Assembly: GCA_001687465.1 (NCBI GenBank) | Contig: LVLI01000110.1 | Location: forward strand, 1-64,000 | From: Halocafeteria seosinensis | Taxonomy: Eukaryota | Length of the DNA: 64,000 nt | Direction of reading: 5' to 3' | Part shown: positions 37,301 to 48,542 of the stretch, piece by piece | Numbering within the stretch: position 1 is the stretch's first letter | Layout: every line of letters starts with the position of its first letter | Notes under the pieces: model-generated | What the model saw: only the letters and a program-made list of their open reading frames with translations | The model's database searches: none | Told to the model about the DNA's origin: nothing | Program-made: the position numbers and the translations under genes

Positions 37301-38624
37301 TCGGAAGCTGTTGGACAAGAGCGAGACACCTGCCAGCGAGGAGTGTACTCCCTTCAGTCAGAACGAATTTGCAGCGAACAAGTACCCGGACGGAGCGGAA
37401 GAAGAGGAAAAAGAGCAAGAAGAGCAAGAAGAAAGCGATACAGGTTTTTATAATGGTGGAAGGATCAGTAGAAATGCAACCGAATCCGACACGCGTCCAG
37501 AATCAGCAGCAAGCAAGAACAACAAGGAAATCGACGATGAATATCGGGGAGTATTACCTGTAGCTGAGAAGGAAATCGACGATAAATATCGGGAAGAGTT
37601 GCTTGTAGCTGAAAAGGAAATGGATGATGATTATCGGCAGCCGTTACCTATCGCTGAGAAGGCAAGCGAGAGAAGAAAGAAACCCCCACCGGAACAGTTG
37701 AACGTAGAAGACGGTGACATTCCACCACCGGCGGATACAGGGTGCTACACAGAAGAAAGATTTGCCTCTGCCTTCCCTTCACGTGATTCGAGTTATACAG
37801 CTGCTTTCCGAGATGTCTCGAAGAAAGAACCTACGCATTCGAGTAACGCGCAAGCGTCAACTGAGGGAAGCCCTTCCGCTCAAGAGCTGCACTCATACTT
37901 GGAGAAAATGGAAGAAGCTGCGTACCTGGGTGCGCGCGACACTCTCATGCAGATGATACACTCATGCAAACACATTGTCTCGGGATACGGGATGGGCGGG
38001 GTGCCCTCTAGGACTAGGGAAGATGAGCCAAAGAAGAAGGTGGTGACTGAGCATGAACGGAGCGCTATCTATTCTTCTTCTGTCGCGGTGGTCAACATAG
38101 ATCTTGGTGAGGAAAGTAGGTCCGAAAGGAGGAATTCTATTTCTACGCCAGAATGGTATTGGAGAGGAGCAGTGCGGGCACGGACACGGGAGAGCAACTT
38201 AAGGAAGAAGTTTCCGAGCCGACACTCGAGATCTCCGGAAGGGCGAAGGCAGCAAGTGGAAGCACCCGAGAACACATATCAAAGAACACCATCTATTAAG
38301 ACATTGGAGTTCCCAGCAGCATCTACTTTGGAGGGGAAGCTTAAAAAGGAGCCAGAGAGTATGCCTGCATCTCCGACTGTCTATTCTAACACTCCGGCAG
38401 AACTTGGTCGCGAGGCAGATAGTCCGCCACGTAGAAGCAGATCCCCTTCACGCCTTCAACCGAGTGCATTTTCTAAGCCTCATGGAAAAGAGAATTCCTT
38501 GCAGAAGCAAAGAAATGAAGTGCATGCGGATGACCTCCGACCTATCAGACTTCCAGTGAGACAAGCTACGAAACTCAGTAAGCCGAGTGCTCTCCTGAAT
38601 GAGGGGTCCGTGTCTAGTTGGTGA
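34336..38624 (+). CDS. large hypothetical coiled-coil/low-complexity protein (5' end uncertain)
   Basis: Long same-strand ORFs 34336-34593, 34632-36731 and 36963-38624 with plausible GT-AG joins (e.g. 34489-34619). It has E/K-rich heptad segments and no recognised domain. Confidence 0.7.
37524..37661 (+). repeat. coding tandem repeat, 3 x 45 bp (15 aa: KEIDDxYRxxLPVAE)
   Basis: Units start at 37524, 37569 and 37614 and encode KEIDDEYRGVLPVAE / KEIDDKYREELLVAE / KEMDDDYRQPLPIAE. Confidence 0.9.
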
Positions 38625-38649
38625 GCAATGTTGGAGACGAAATCAGTTT

Positions 38650-41600
38650 CTATGGTTCCCACTTCATGCCGACAATGGACGATATACCGGTAATGGTCGT
38701 AGAGAATCGTTTCTGGATCTGTTCCCGCTTTGCGTTCCAGTCTTGTATGCACTGCGGATTTGTCTTATATGCATGATGAAGTGAAAGCATACAGAGTTTA
38801 GGGAAAAGAGCAACATACCTCTGACTGCTTCTCGTGTAGTTGCTCTGATGCCTCTTCCAGTTTCGATCTATCGGCGACGCTGTTATTGATTTCTTCCTCG
38901 AGCTTTTCGAAATCGTCCGCGACCTGCGTAACACGAGGCAATTATACTGTGCCACTACCAGCAGCTATTGGACTATCTTACATTGGTGAGCTTCTTTTGT
39001 TGATCCCAAATTAAATTACTGACAGCTTGGGATAGGCGAGCCAAATCTGTTATATCTTCTGCGGCCTCTTGTTCCATAGAACCCTTGTTCAGTGATCCCT
39101 CTAGAACCTCCTCTTGCTTCCTGTGCAACAGTGGACATAATTGGGCATGCCTTCAAGTTAACTAGCGAAAACAAAGAACAAACCTAAATAAAGACTCTAA
39201 CGTGGAGTCTATCGCTGTTTTGAACGAGTCCTCTATTTTGTTTAGTCTTTGGGTCAGCTTTTTCCCGCTGCGCTTCTTTTGCAAGTTTGACACGAGCGAA
39301 GCCACCTGCGTGACCATCAGTTTCGCGATTCTCAATATTACAATAAGGATTACCAAAGTGGAGCTAATGACATACCTGTTCCATCAACGCACTGATTTCG
39401 TCGTCAGAGTCTACCCGCATATCCGCTGTGATGTATAAGGGTCCACAAACAGCATATTCGATGAAGTAGCGATAAAGGGTCTAGTGGTCTACTCACGCTG
39501 GTTTCTAGAGGGCCTCCGGCAATACTCAGAAGCAACATTGAGGCAATCGAATTCCCCTTTAAGTGCCCTTGCTGTGGGTTTTAACATAGATGTCGAATGA
39601 TACTGTACAGCATCATCACAGGATTGTTGAGCGGTTTGTTGCAGTGTTTGCTGATTGTGGTTCTTGCTTCTTTCAGGTTGCAGACCGGTTTTGCTCGTAC
39701 GCATTTCTGCATTTAACATATTCAATTCAGACTTGGTGCCAATAGTGGAGTGTTTTGCCGCAGAATTCGATACTAGTTTCTGGCTCTTTTGTTCTGGGGC
39801 TGAAATTTTCTTGCTTCCGTGAGTAAGGCTTCTTTCTCGCTTTTTGGGCGGCCCCCTGCCGGAATCTACGCTGCGTGTAGATTGCCGGTCGGTTTGGTCG
39901 AAATCGAAGGGGTCTACGGATTCATTTGCCTTAGAATTTTCGTGAGTGGGTTTGCTGAAACGTGTTCTCAGTGGAGCGGTAGCTATCTTGCCGCTTTCGT
40001 GAGTAGCTACTTCCTGTACATCGGTACCTACGTCGGTAACGGCCTTGGAAACAGATTTCTTCTTAATTGCTCCTTCCGGGGCCATTTGCTGCTTTCTAGC
40101 TGTGCTAAGTTTCTCTTGGGGGTCGGAAGTGGATGGGGTAATAGCGGACTTAACTTTAGGCTCTTTGGTATGAACACTGTCCTCTTGCGCCTTCGTTACT
40201 GGGGTGCGTACTGGACGGGCTGTGTCATTTTCGCACTGCTGCTCTGCGCCTGGGAAACTCTCTCTGGTAGGGCGAGCTTCTATCGACTCAGATGTGGTCA
40301 CGTTTTGACTCTTATGAGGACTTGTGATGTCGCTAGCATTGTCATCTTGGGTTCCATGGACCACAACGCTAGCAACGCTCACTTTAAGATTCTTCTTATT
40401 CGGAGTCGTTGACGTCACTTTCTTTTGCACTGTGGCTTTGTCATTCGCGATATTAAGGATCTGCTTAATTTGACTCATAGAGCGTTCGCTCAGCTTGTTT
40501 AGCTGCAGAGTTGCGTGCGCGGAACGGCAGTCGGTAAAATCGATGAGGAATCTAGCTTCTCGAAACCCTGTCGATTCCTTTGTAAGTGACAAGGTGATTG
40601 TTCCACTTCGAGTTTCGGAGACCATCTTGCAATTTTTTGGGTCCAACCATACCTTCGCCAGTTGCTCTCCCTCCTGCTAAAGGGGAGTAAATGTTAATGG
40701 TTCAAGAACGGTAAAATTTCGACGAATGCACTTACATCCCCTGTGAATACGATGTGGATGTATCCGTTTGTCTGAAACAAGTCGAGATTACCCGTAGTGA
40801 ATTCCTCCTGCAGTTTATCATACGAGTGCGGCTATAACTCGGGAAGACTCGAACCAGATGCCCTCCCTACCTTATCACAGGTTATGCGCACGTGGCCGCA
40901 CTCGAGCTTATTGATTCCTCCATTTACCGTCGCCTGTTTTTGTATAAATTGCGAGGCCTCCTGGTTTCCAAAGAAGCAGGGAACTCGTCCACAGCAAAAT
41001 ATGCATAGCAGATGATCGGAGGCACGTACGACGACAAACTGAGAAGGTTGCAAGCTTTCAAAGAAGTTCTTGGTGTTTAAATCCTGTGCTATATAGCCTG
41101 CCGTTTCCCGAATGAATTGTTTGGTAGCTACTGCGCTTTAACGTACCAAAATTTGGAGGAGCTCTTTGGACTTGGGGTTGGTATTGGCATTGTTTTTGGA
41201 TAGGCGAAAAATGATTTGCAGTAGATACAGTTGCACGGAAAAATCTGCGGTCATATCGTTTGATGATGAGCTGTCTAGAGGAAGCAATTCTCAAGAGATG
41301 ATTCACATACCGTGAATATTGTTCCAGTTCCGCACCAGCGCCGCACATGTATTGTTGTGCGACTCAATGAGTTCATTGACGTTTTTCCTCCCAGATTTTC
41401 CCCGGAGCAAAGTGCAACAGAGCTGACTCAATGCATTTAGAGTAGCGGGATGAATGAGACTCTTCTTGTCCCATTGAAGTATCATGTTGAGCGCCTTGAT
41501 GAAGACTGCAATGGAAAGCCACTCCGTACTTGGAGAAAGCAGGAGTCATTTTGATATGGTTAATATTTACCTTGAACCATAGCCAGTTTAAGGCTGTCGT

Positions 41601-42173
41601 TTGGACCCTGTGGTTTTTCGCCTTTTCTTGCTTGGTCCTGTAGCCCAAGAAGCTGTGTTTTGTGACCTGGAACTTAGGAATCTGTTGTTGAAGCTTACAG
41701 TTAGCGCCACCTGGGAACATAATTGTAGGACCAGATCATTATTCGCATGATTTATAGAGTCCATATCTCCAATCCAGTTGTCAAGCACCTGTTAATTCAT
41801 TCACATTTCGTTTCAGGACGGCTCTTTAGTTGCATTCTCAAGAGGAACCGAAGCTTACCTGGCAGAACGTAGCACTTATTTTCGCCGCTTCCGTCTGAAG
41901 AAGACTACCACAACTCTCACATATCAAAACGTCTCCAAGAAGTTCCAAGTATTGCATCTGTACTTCTGTATTTTCTGTGGAATTTGTCGATATCTTTACG
42001 AATCGGTTCAGGAATGAGCAGAAACTTTTCGATGATATCTTCCCGGCCCCACTTGTGCGAATGTTATTGGTTGCAGTCTCCAATTTCTCCAGGAGCTGCT
42101 TCTCGGGCTTCGCAGATACAATGTCATTGAGATCTGACGAAGAAAGCTTCGATGATCCTTTCTTTGCACTCAT
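38650..42173 (-). CDS. putative meiotic chromosome-axis core protein, SYCP2/Red1/Rec10-like (ARM-like + PH/Spt16M-like + disordered linker + C-terminal coiled coil)
   Basis: Hand splicing of at least 10 GT-AG exons gives ...NIH|DFSVQLYLLQIIFRLSK...FFESLQPSQFVV|EASQFIQKQATVNGGINKLECGHVRI...GNLDLFQTNGYIHIVFTG...QLAKVWLDPKNCK...TITLSLTK...RFLIDF. This is followed by an S/T/K-rich linker and terminal heptads (LTQRLNKIEDSFK, FEKLEEEINN). The order parallels SYCP2 as recalled from memory. Confidence 0.65.
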
Positions 42174-42522
42174 TGTATACACAATAATAGGTGTAGAAAG
42201 AAATTCAAATTCCTTTTTCCAGTTCTCGATTCCTCCTATTCAGGAATCCAATTGAGGAAGGCCAATACGACAATGGCAGTAATACGCTGCTAGTTTTTCT
42301 CTTCTTTTATTATATTAGCAGAGTACATTTCAATTCTTCCTATCAATAGAAAGATGCCATCCGTAGTCTATCAAGCCTTTGAGTCCTCTTGCTTCTACAA
42401 GAAGAAATTCCTCTCCCCGGTTTCCGCATCGGTCATTTGAATCTTTAACTTCAAGAAGAATTCCAAAGGCTCCCTCGATGGCCCCTTTACCATAATACAT
42501 TAACTGATGAAGGAATACATTT

Positions 42523-43875
42523 CTACCTCTTTATACCTCTCTTTTTATTAATCCGCTTCCTCTCAGCTCGTGGATTAATCACGGACACATTGTCTTCAGT
42601 TTCCTCGACTTTGACAGGGGAAGTGTCAAACGAACGGAAGTGGTGTCCACGAAGAGTACTTACTACTGTAGGGGTTAATGCCATCTGTTTGCTCTCCGAT
42701 CTTTTCACTTTGCGTCGTCTACCATGAATAAATAGAACGGCGAGGATGGCAAACATCAGAATTCCAGCAACTGTAGCTCCCCCCATGAAATATGATGTAC
42801 GAAAGAAAGGCTGCGTCGCCGATTCCTGGGCGGTATTCGCCGTACAGCGGCTGCTTAATACGATGATATAGCTATCGAGAGACGCTTCAATGTCAATGTT
42901 AACATCCGACAATGTATCCATTGTATCCAGTAGCTCAGCTCTGAATTCTCTTTCGTGCAGCAACGATAAGGTTTGCGACATCGATTCCTCTAGTTGCTCG
43001 TCTGCTGGTGGACCATCCTCATCAATAGAACTAAATGTGGGAACGTCTCCTTGGCTGAATATTATCGCGAACTCTATACCGGTATCATTGACATCTACCC
43101 CGGCCTCTTCCAACGTTTCCCATTCGCTTCCTTCGATTGCACGGATTTCTCTAACATGAGCGGTATCAGTCCCTAATTTCTCGGCAATTAGGAACCGGAA
43201 GGCGGAAATGCTCGATTCGATACCCGTTCCCTCTATTGGGAAAAACATATGCAAGTACGTTTCGTCGTCCGAAATAACGTCCAATATCCCCTCCATCGGA
43301 GCCCCCGTCTCACTTTCGCAAACAAAACTAGCCAATGGAGACACACTTGGCGTAGCTGTCGTATCGGGAGTTCCAGTAACTGAAACTGAAGGAGTTATTG
43401 AGGGCGTGCTTCCTGAAGTTGATGTAATCGAGGGCGTCATGCTTACCGACGGTGTTTCGCTAGGGGTAGCAGTTACACTTGCAGAAAAGGAAGGAGTGAC
43501 GCTTGTACTCGGTGAATTGGTCCTAGACCTCGATACAGAAGCTGTGACACTTGTACTTTGAGAAGGCGACGTACTCAGTGAGGAGGTTACACTCGAGCTG
43601 GCCGTGGTTGAAGGCGATCCAGACACACTCTGTGTGGGGCTGGGGGAGAAGCTAGGGGATGGAGATACCGTTTCACACATGCCATGAGAGAGTATCTCTG
43701 GGAGCACCAGAACCAATGACACTAGACAAAATTGTGCACATCGAGTAAACCCAATTCCAAGAGGCGCTGGCTTGAAAAGCGACTCACGTGAGTCTCCGGT
43801 TTGACGATTCTTCCAGTTTCCCAGCTCGCCTCGTGCGTGGCATGCACTTCTAGTAGCTCTGTCTGCCCCCCTCAT
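42523..43875 (-). CDS. type I membrane glycoprotein with a Ser/Thr/Pro mucin-like region and an acidic ectodomain (paralog of 44509-45807)
   Basis: Intronless 450-codon ORF with a hydrophobic leader FCLVSLVLVL, SPSxTPS repeats, and TM GGATVAGILMFAILAVLFI followed by the stop-transfer sequence HGRRRK. Confidence 0.8.
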   Translation of the reverse strand: MRGADRATRSACHARGELGNWKNRQTGDSRESLFKPAPLGIGFTRCAQFCLVSLVLVLPEILSHGMCETVSPSPSFSPSPTQSVSGSPSTTASSSVTSSLSTSPSQSTSVTASVSRSRTNSPSTSVTPSFSASVTATPSETPSVSMTPSITSTSGSTPSITPSVSVTGTPDTTATPSVSPLASFVCESETGAPMEGILDVISDDETYLHMFFPIEGTGIESSISAFRFLIAEKLGTDTAHVREIRAIEGSEWETLEEAGVDVNDTGIEFAIIFSQGDVPTFSSIDEDGPPADEQLEESMSQTLSLLHEREFRAELLDTMDTLSDVNIDIEASLDSYIIVLSSRCTANTAQESATQPFFRTSYFMGGATVAGILMFAILAVLFIHGRRRKVKRSESKQMALTPTVVSTLRGHHFRSFDTSPVKVEETEDNVSVINPRAERKRINKKRGIKR

Positions 43876-44508
43876 TGTAAGACTAGGATATGTCTCCTAA
43901 GGAATACGAGTGCTACGCATCTGTCATCCTCTTGAGTCGACGAATGCTTGGCAGCGAAATAACTCATCCAGAGACCCCAGAACACAATTCTTACGAACAG
44001 ACCCCACCCCGGAAGACTGTATTCCCTAAAGCCAACTCCTTCTCAAAACAAAATAAAACGATTATTTACAATCGCATAGCGGACATGTACTTCGATTTCG
44101 CTGGTGAACGAAACAATCCGAGGGTTCGAAATGACGGTCGCAACGACCTCCAAAGTTGGACCAATATCACGAGTCCGAGCCCGGGCCCAATTGTGGCAAC
44201 CAAGGAACCTTCAAGGATATGGACACTTTAGAAACTAAGACATCAACTCAGCAGTCGGGATATATTCATATTAAGGCAGACGTGTAACACATTAATGCTA
44301 TCTCTTGTGGATTCGGTTTCGACAGCCTGGACAGCCCAAAGTATGCATTCTCTTGCGCACACTACAAGGTTGTACAGCATATCAAACCGTTATGGAGCAT
44401 TGTGCACTCACATTGTACACTACTCTCCAAGTTCACTGATAACTAACTTCTCGTATTCTTGCACTTGAAAGGATTCCTTGACTTCCCTCATTTTGTGCCG
44501 ATCTCGTT

Positions 44509-45807
44509 TCACAGAGTAAACGGTACACGAGGTGCTTCCTGTCTTACGCTTCGCACAACTATAACGTTTTCTCCCTCGTTTTCATCTTCGTTAGAAGAAC
44601 ACTCCGTCGGGAGGGAAAAGCAAGAATCCACGTTGTTGTTCCACGGAGGGACTGGAACGGGGACAGTTCGTTGCAATTGTCGCTGTCTGTGCTGTTTCCA
44701 TCGTCGATGAAGCGCTAGTGGCACAACGACAATCAAGATAACAACAGATACAGATCCAGCAATAACGGCTCCACCATTGATGAGGCTGTTATCAGCTGTG
44801 TCTGAGCTCGACGTTTCCGGCTGCCCGGAAAAGAGAAACTCAACTTCATGAGAGAGCGAGGCATTCATATCGATAGATACCTCAGTGAACTTGCTCAAAG
44901 ATTCTAGTACCTCTCTCCGGAAACTAGTCTGGGTCAGTAGCTTCTTGAGGTGTTCGGTGGCGTTCTTGAATGTATCTCTATCTAGCCTTGACACATGCTG
45001 AAGCTGTTCCCATTCCCCTCTGTATCCATAGCCGCTCTTATCGCCAACACCAGCCTTGGGCCGATTTGGCAGATCTCTACATAATTTATTTCTGTTGCTT
45101 ACATCTCTCGCATTCTTCTTGAATTCAGACGGGCGAGTACCTCTACCGACATCGAAACTGTTGCAATCACCAGAAGCCTTATCAGCACCGTTATCACCAT
45201 CTTGATGTTGTCCGCCGTTACCATGTGGAATTCGATTTTTGTCGCTGCGCCCTTGTCTCTCCTTGTCGCTTGGTCGCTTGCTGTCGTCGCCTTGTCTGCT
45301 TTCTCCATTGTCGTCCCTTCTCCTCTGCTTGTTCTCTTTACCCGGTGCAGCTGGTGGAGGGAGCTCAACGAAGAGCCTGTTGCTGTTTCCCACCACAATT
45401 AAGAATTTGAATCCTTGTTTTCCCTCTGGACTTTCGGTCAAAGTGTCAATCACTTCAATATGCCTCTGGCTGATATTGAGGTTCCTGTGAACAAACCAGA
45501 CGAACTTGTCTTCCAGCCCACTCAGCCCATTCCGGCTGCCGTCTTTTAGGACTATGGGAAACCACGATAGAAGTCCGTTCTCATCATCTTTTAGTTTCCC
45601 CTTTAGCATTTCTTCATATGAGGTGGCTTTCCCTTCGATATATCGGAAAGATAGCTTCGAAAAACATGGGATCGTCGGAACACGACCCTGTACGAGACGT
45701 ATGTGGCTCGGAGTTGTCGAATACGCCGGCTGCGCAGCCCGGAGCTGCAACAGAGCCACCAAGAGAATCCAGAAGCTGAAAACTGTCCCCCGTGTCTTTG
45801 CACTCAT
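44509..45807 (-). CDS. type I membrane protein with a signal peptide (paralog of 42523-43875)
   Basis: Intronless 432-codon ORF with signal peptide VFSFWILLVALLQLRAA and TM GGAVIAGSVSVVILIVVVPLAL followed by HRRWK. Confidence 0.8.
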   Translation of the reverse strand: MSAKTRGTVFSFWILLVALLQLRAAQPAYSTTPSHIRLVQGRVPTIPCFSKLSFRYIEGKATSYEEMLKGKLKDDENGLLSWFPIVLKDGSRNGLSGLEDKFVWFVHRNLNISQRHIEVIDTLTESPEGKQGFKFLIVVGNSNRLFVELPPPAAPGKENKQRRRDDNGESRQGDDSKRPSDKERQGRSDKNRIPHGNGGQHQDGDNGADKASGDCNSFDVGRGTRPSEFKKNARDVSNRNKLCRDLPNRPKAGVGDKSGYGYRGEWEQLQHVSRLDRDTFKNATEHLKKLLTQTSFRREVLESLSKFTEVSIDMNASLSHEVEFLFSGQPETSSSDTADNSLINGGAVIAGSVSVVILIVVVPLALHRRWKQHRQRQLQRTVPVPVPPWNNNVDSCFSLPTECSSNEDENEGENVIVVRSVRQEAPRVPFTL

Positions 45808-46257
45808 ATGAGAAGCTCGCAGTAAAAGGAAGGAGTGGATTGCGTATCATATGCACCATATGTGGTATGACATCAAACGGTTACCACGAGCCGGAAAACT
45901 GCTGACGAATTCTGGTGAGGATGTTATTTTCTCCGAACACTCCAACCATTGCTACCTACCACAGACATAAAGCGATAGCCAAGGGGTTTATTACAAACCA
46001 ACCATCTAGCTTGTGGTTGATTAACAGTGAATGTTAGCGACTGGTAATTCCCCCGCCTAGAGTCCGCAAGGCTAGGTCGCAACCTTGCGACTCGAGGGCG
46101 ACGGCAAAAGCCCTGGGCATGATGGAAGCGAAGAAGTAGGCAAGCAATAATTAAATGTGTGCATTCGTTAGAAAGTTCAAGCAAAGCAAACATTGCAATA
46201 CCTAGAATAGGGCCATTGAAAGCGTTGTCATATCCAAGACTAGGGATAACTAACCAC

Positions 46258-48542
46258 TCAGGATTTTCCTGCCCATTTCTTCCGCATTCGTTCTCTTTCC
46301 ATCTGTTTGATTCTCACACGCTGCTGACGTTTCGCTGCCGAAACTTGTTGGGCCTCATTGGCCTCAAGCTGGTCACGCTGTTCGTCAAACAGTGCCCTTA
46401 GGATCCCATCTGACCTTTCTCTCGTCCGATCGACGACATCATCCCTTCTTCTATAATGCAACGGGCCCGTTCCTTTGTCTGGGAAACATACCAAATCGTT
46501 TGCAATGTCTTTAACGATGTATCGGAAGATGCTGTCCCATTCTCTGCTCGCTTCTTCGGTGTTTACCGACCCATCGTTATTCAGAAGTCCCCCAAAATCG
46601 TCACATACAGCTTCATAAGACATTGATCCCTCGTCATCCAGCTCGTCCTGATCCCCTTCTTCATTATCGTCGTCGTCTTCCCCGGTACTACTTGATGCCG
46701 ATTTCGTTGACGAGTGGTGTCGTGATTGTCGAGAAGGCACACTTCGCGATTCGGTATTTCCACTACTATCGACACTGTTTCCTTCGCAGTATTCGCGGCG
46801 GTTGACCGCGTCAGGGCTTGCATCATTATCGAGTGAGGTTCTGTTTGCATCCGAGTTCTGGCTCCCAAGGCTTGGTCTGTGATCCCGAGACCCACCAATC
46901 CGACTCCCGCGAATACCCATGACCCATTGTTTTCTCTCATTATCAAAAAAAGCCTTCCTCTTTCCAAAACCTTCTTGGTTTTGACACGAGTCGCCCGTGG
47001 CATCTCTTTCCAGTGTTTCAATTTTGTCTCTAGACTTCATAGGGGTGAGCTTGCTAGGGCGAGCCCCATTCTTGGGGGGAGTAGCGCATGGCGACGTTTG
47101 GTTATTTGTTACACGCAATGAAGGTAGAGAACCGCCGTCGTGTAACGCAGCTCCATCAACAGTATGGCAATGAAGGGAGCTATGGTTCATCTCTTCACTG
47201 GCATGGCCAGGTGAGCTCGCTTTCGGCTTTTGCGAACAAGCATCAGTTAGTTCCGTGCTGCCCGTCTCATCCGATTCGTGCACGTCCTCAGCTGTTGAAG
47301 GATTTAAGCATCCAGAAAAAGAACGACGCGAGGCAAAGTACCGAATCCCTTGCTGATGCAGCAACGATTTGTTGCGATCAGTATTCCGAGAATTGCTGAT
47401 GAGGAGTTTCGGACGACCGTGCGACAAGTCTTCTTTCGAGTTATCGAGAGCGGAACGATATCTTTGAGGATCCCTTGTTGAAATCTCAGGAAGCCGTTTC
47501 CTGCCCGAGCTTTCATCTTCTAGATCCAGGCGATTTCGTTCAAACTCGAAGTTGCCATCTGATTCAGGAGAATACAGATCAGGGGAATTATTTCCAGTAC
47601 ACTGAACGTCTTCCCGAGATGTAGAGCCTTCACTATCAACAGTGCGTGTCCTACTCGCCACTGCTTCTATACTACTGCCTGTGCATCCTGCATCGTCGGA
47701 GACACGGTGCCGTTGGTGGATGTCAACATCCTCGAAGGAAACTGTGGACAGCTGATTCGAGCTACCAGTAGTGCGTAAATCGTGAGAAGATTGCTTCTGA
47801 GCAAGAGATAATCGATTTTGAAACTTCCATGCCAGCGGGCTGGAAGAATACTGCTTGTCCTCGTTGGCACGAAGATCGACCATTTCGGGCGAAAACATTT
47901 TACAGAGCATCGTTCGTTTAGGGTGGCCTTGCGGATGCGGACTCCGTTTCTGTTAGCAATCACAATGGAGCAAAACTATGGTGACGAGTACGGAATAGGC
48001 AATCCCTCCAAGGAATTCCCACGACTTACGGACTGATAATTCACTGGTACGGAGGCATTCCCGTCCAGCGAACTCTGAGAGGGAGACCGCCCCGCGGGGT
48101 TGTTATAAGAATCGCTGCGCCCATCTTCACCGTATAACATTCCTTCCGTTACAACACTGTTCGTTCCTATCCTTAGCGGCCGAATCCCATCTGGAGCACT
48201 AACATGCGAGAATTTCGTATTTCCATGGTTGGCTGCGTTCCCACTCTTCTGTGGGTAATAACTGCGCTGGGAGTTCGAACGCCTCAGTCTATTTCTTCGT
48301 TTCTCGGCCGCAAAGTGAGGCGAATGAGAGAAAGATGACGAAGCATCGTATCCTTGGTGCTTGGAAAATTGAGCCAATAGCTGTGTTGTATTCGAACTGC
48401 GAGCTTGATCATCCGGCAGCGCCACCGGAGACAAGGCATTATTGACGTCTCCCACTGTATTCGCCATTTCCCTGGGGTATAGGTCTCGACTATGTGCTGC
48501 AATAGGGCTGTTGGCCCCTGAATACGCCGACGAATTGCTCAT
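46258..48542 (-). CDS. hypothetical, largely disordered Ser-rich protein, 2 exons
   Basis: ORFs 47976-48701 and 46258-47910 are joined in frame by a GTAAGT...GCTAACAG intron near 47952-48029. The C-terminus is ordered/helical. The start may instead be at 48701. Confidence 0.7.
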
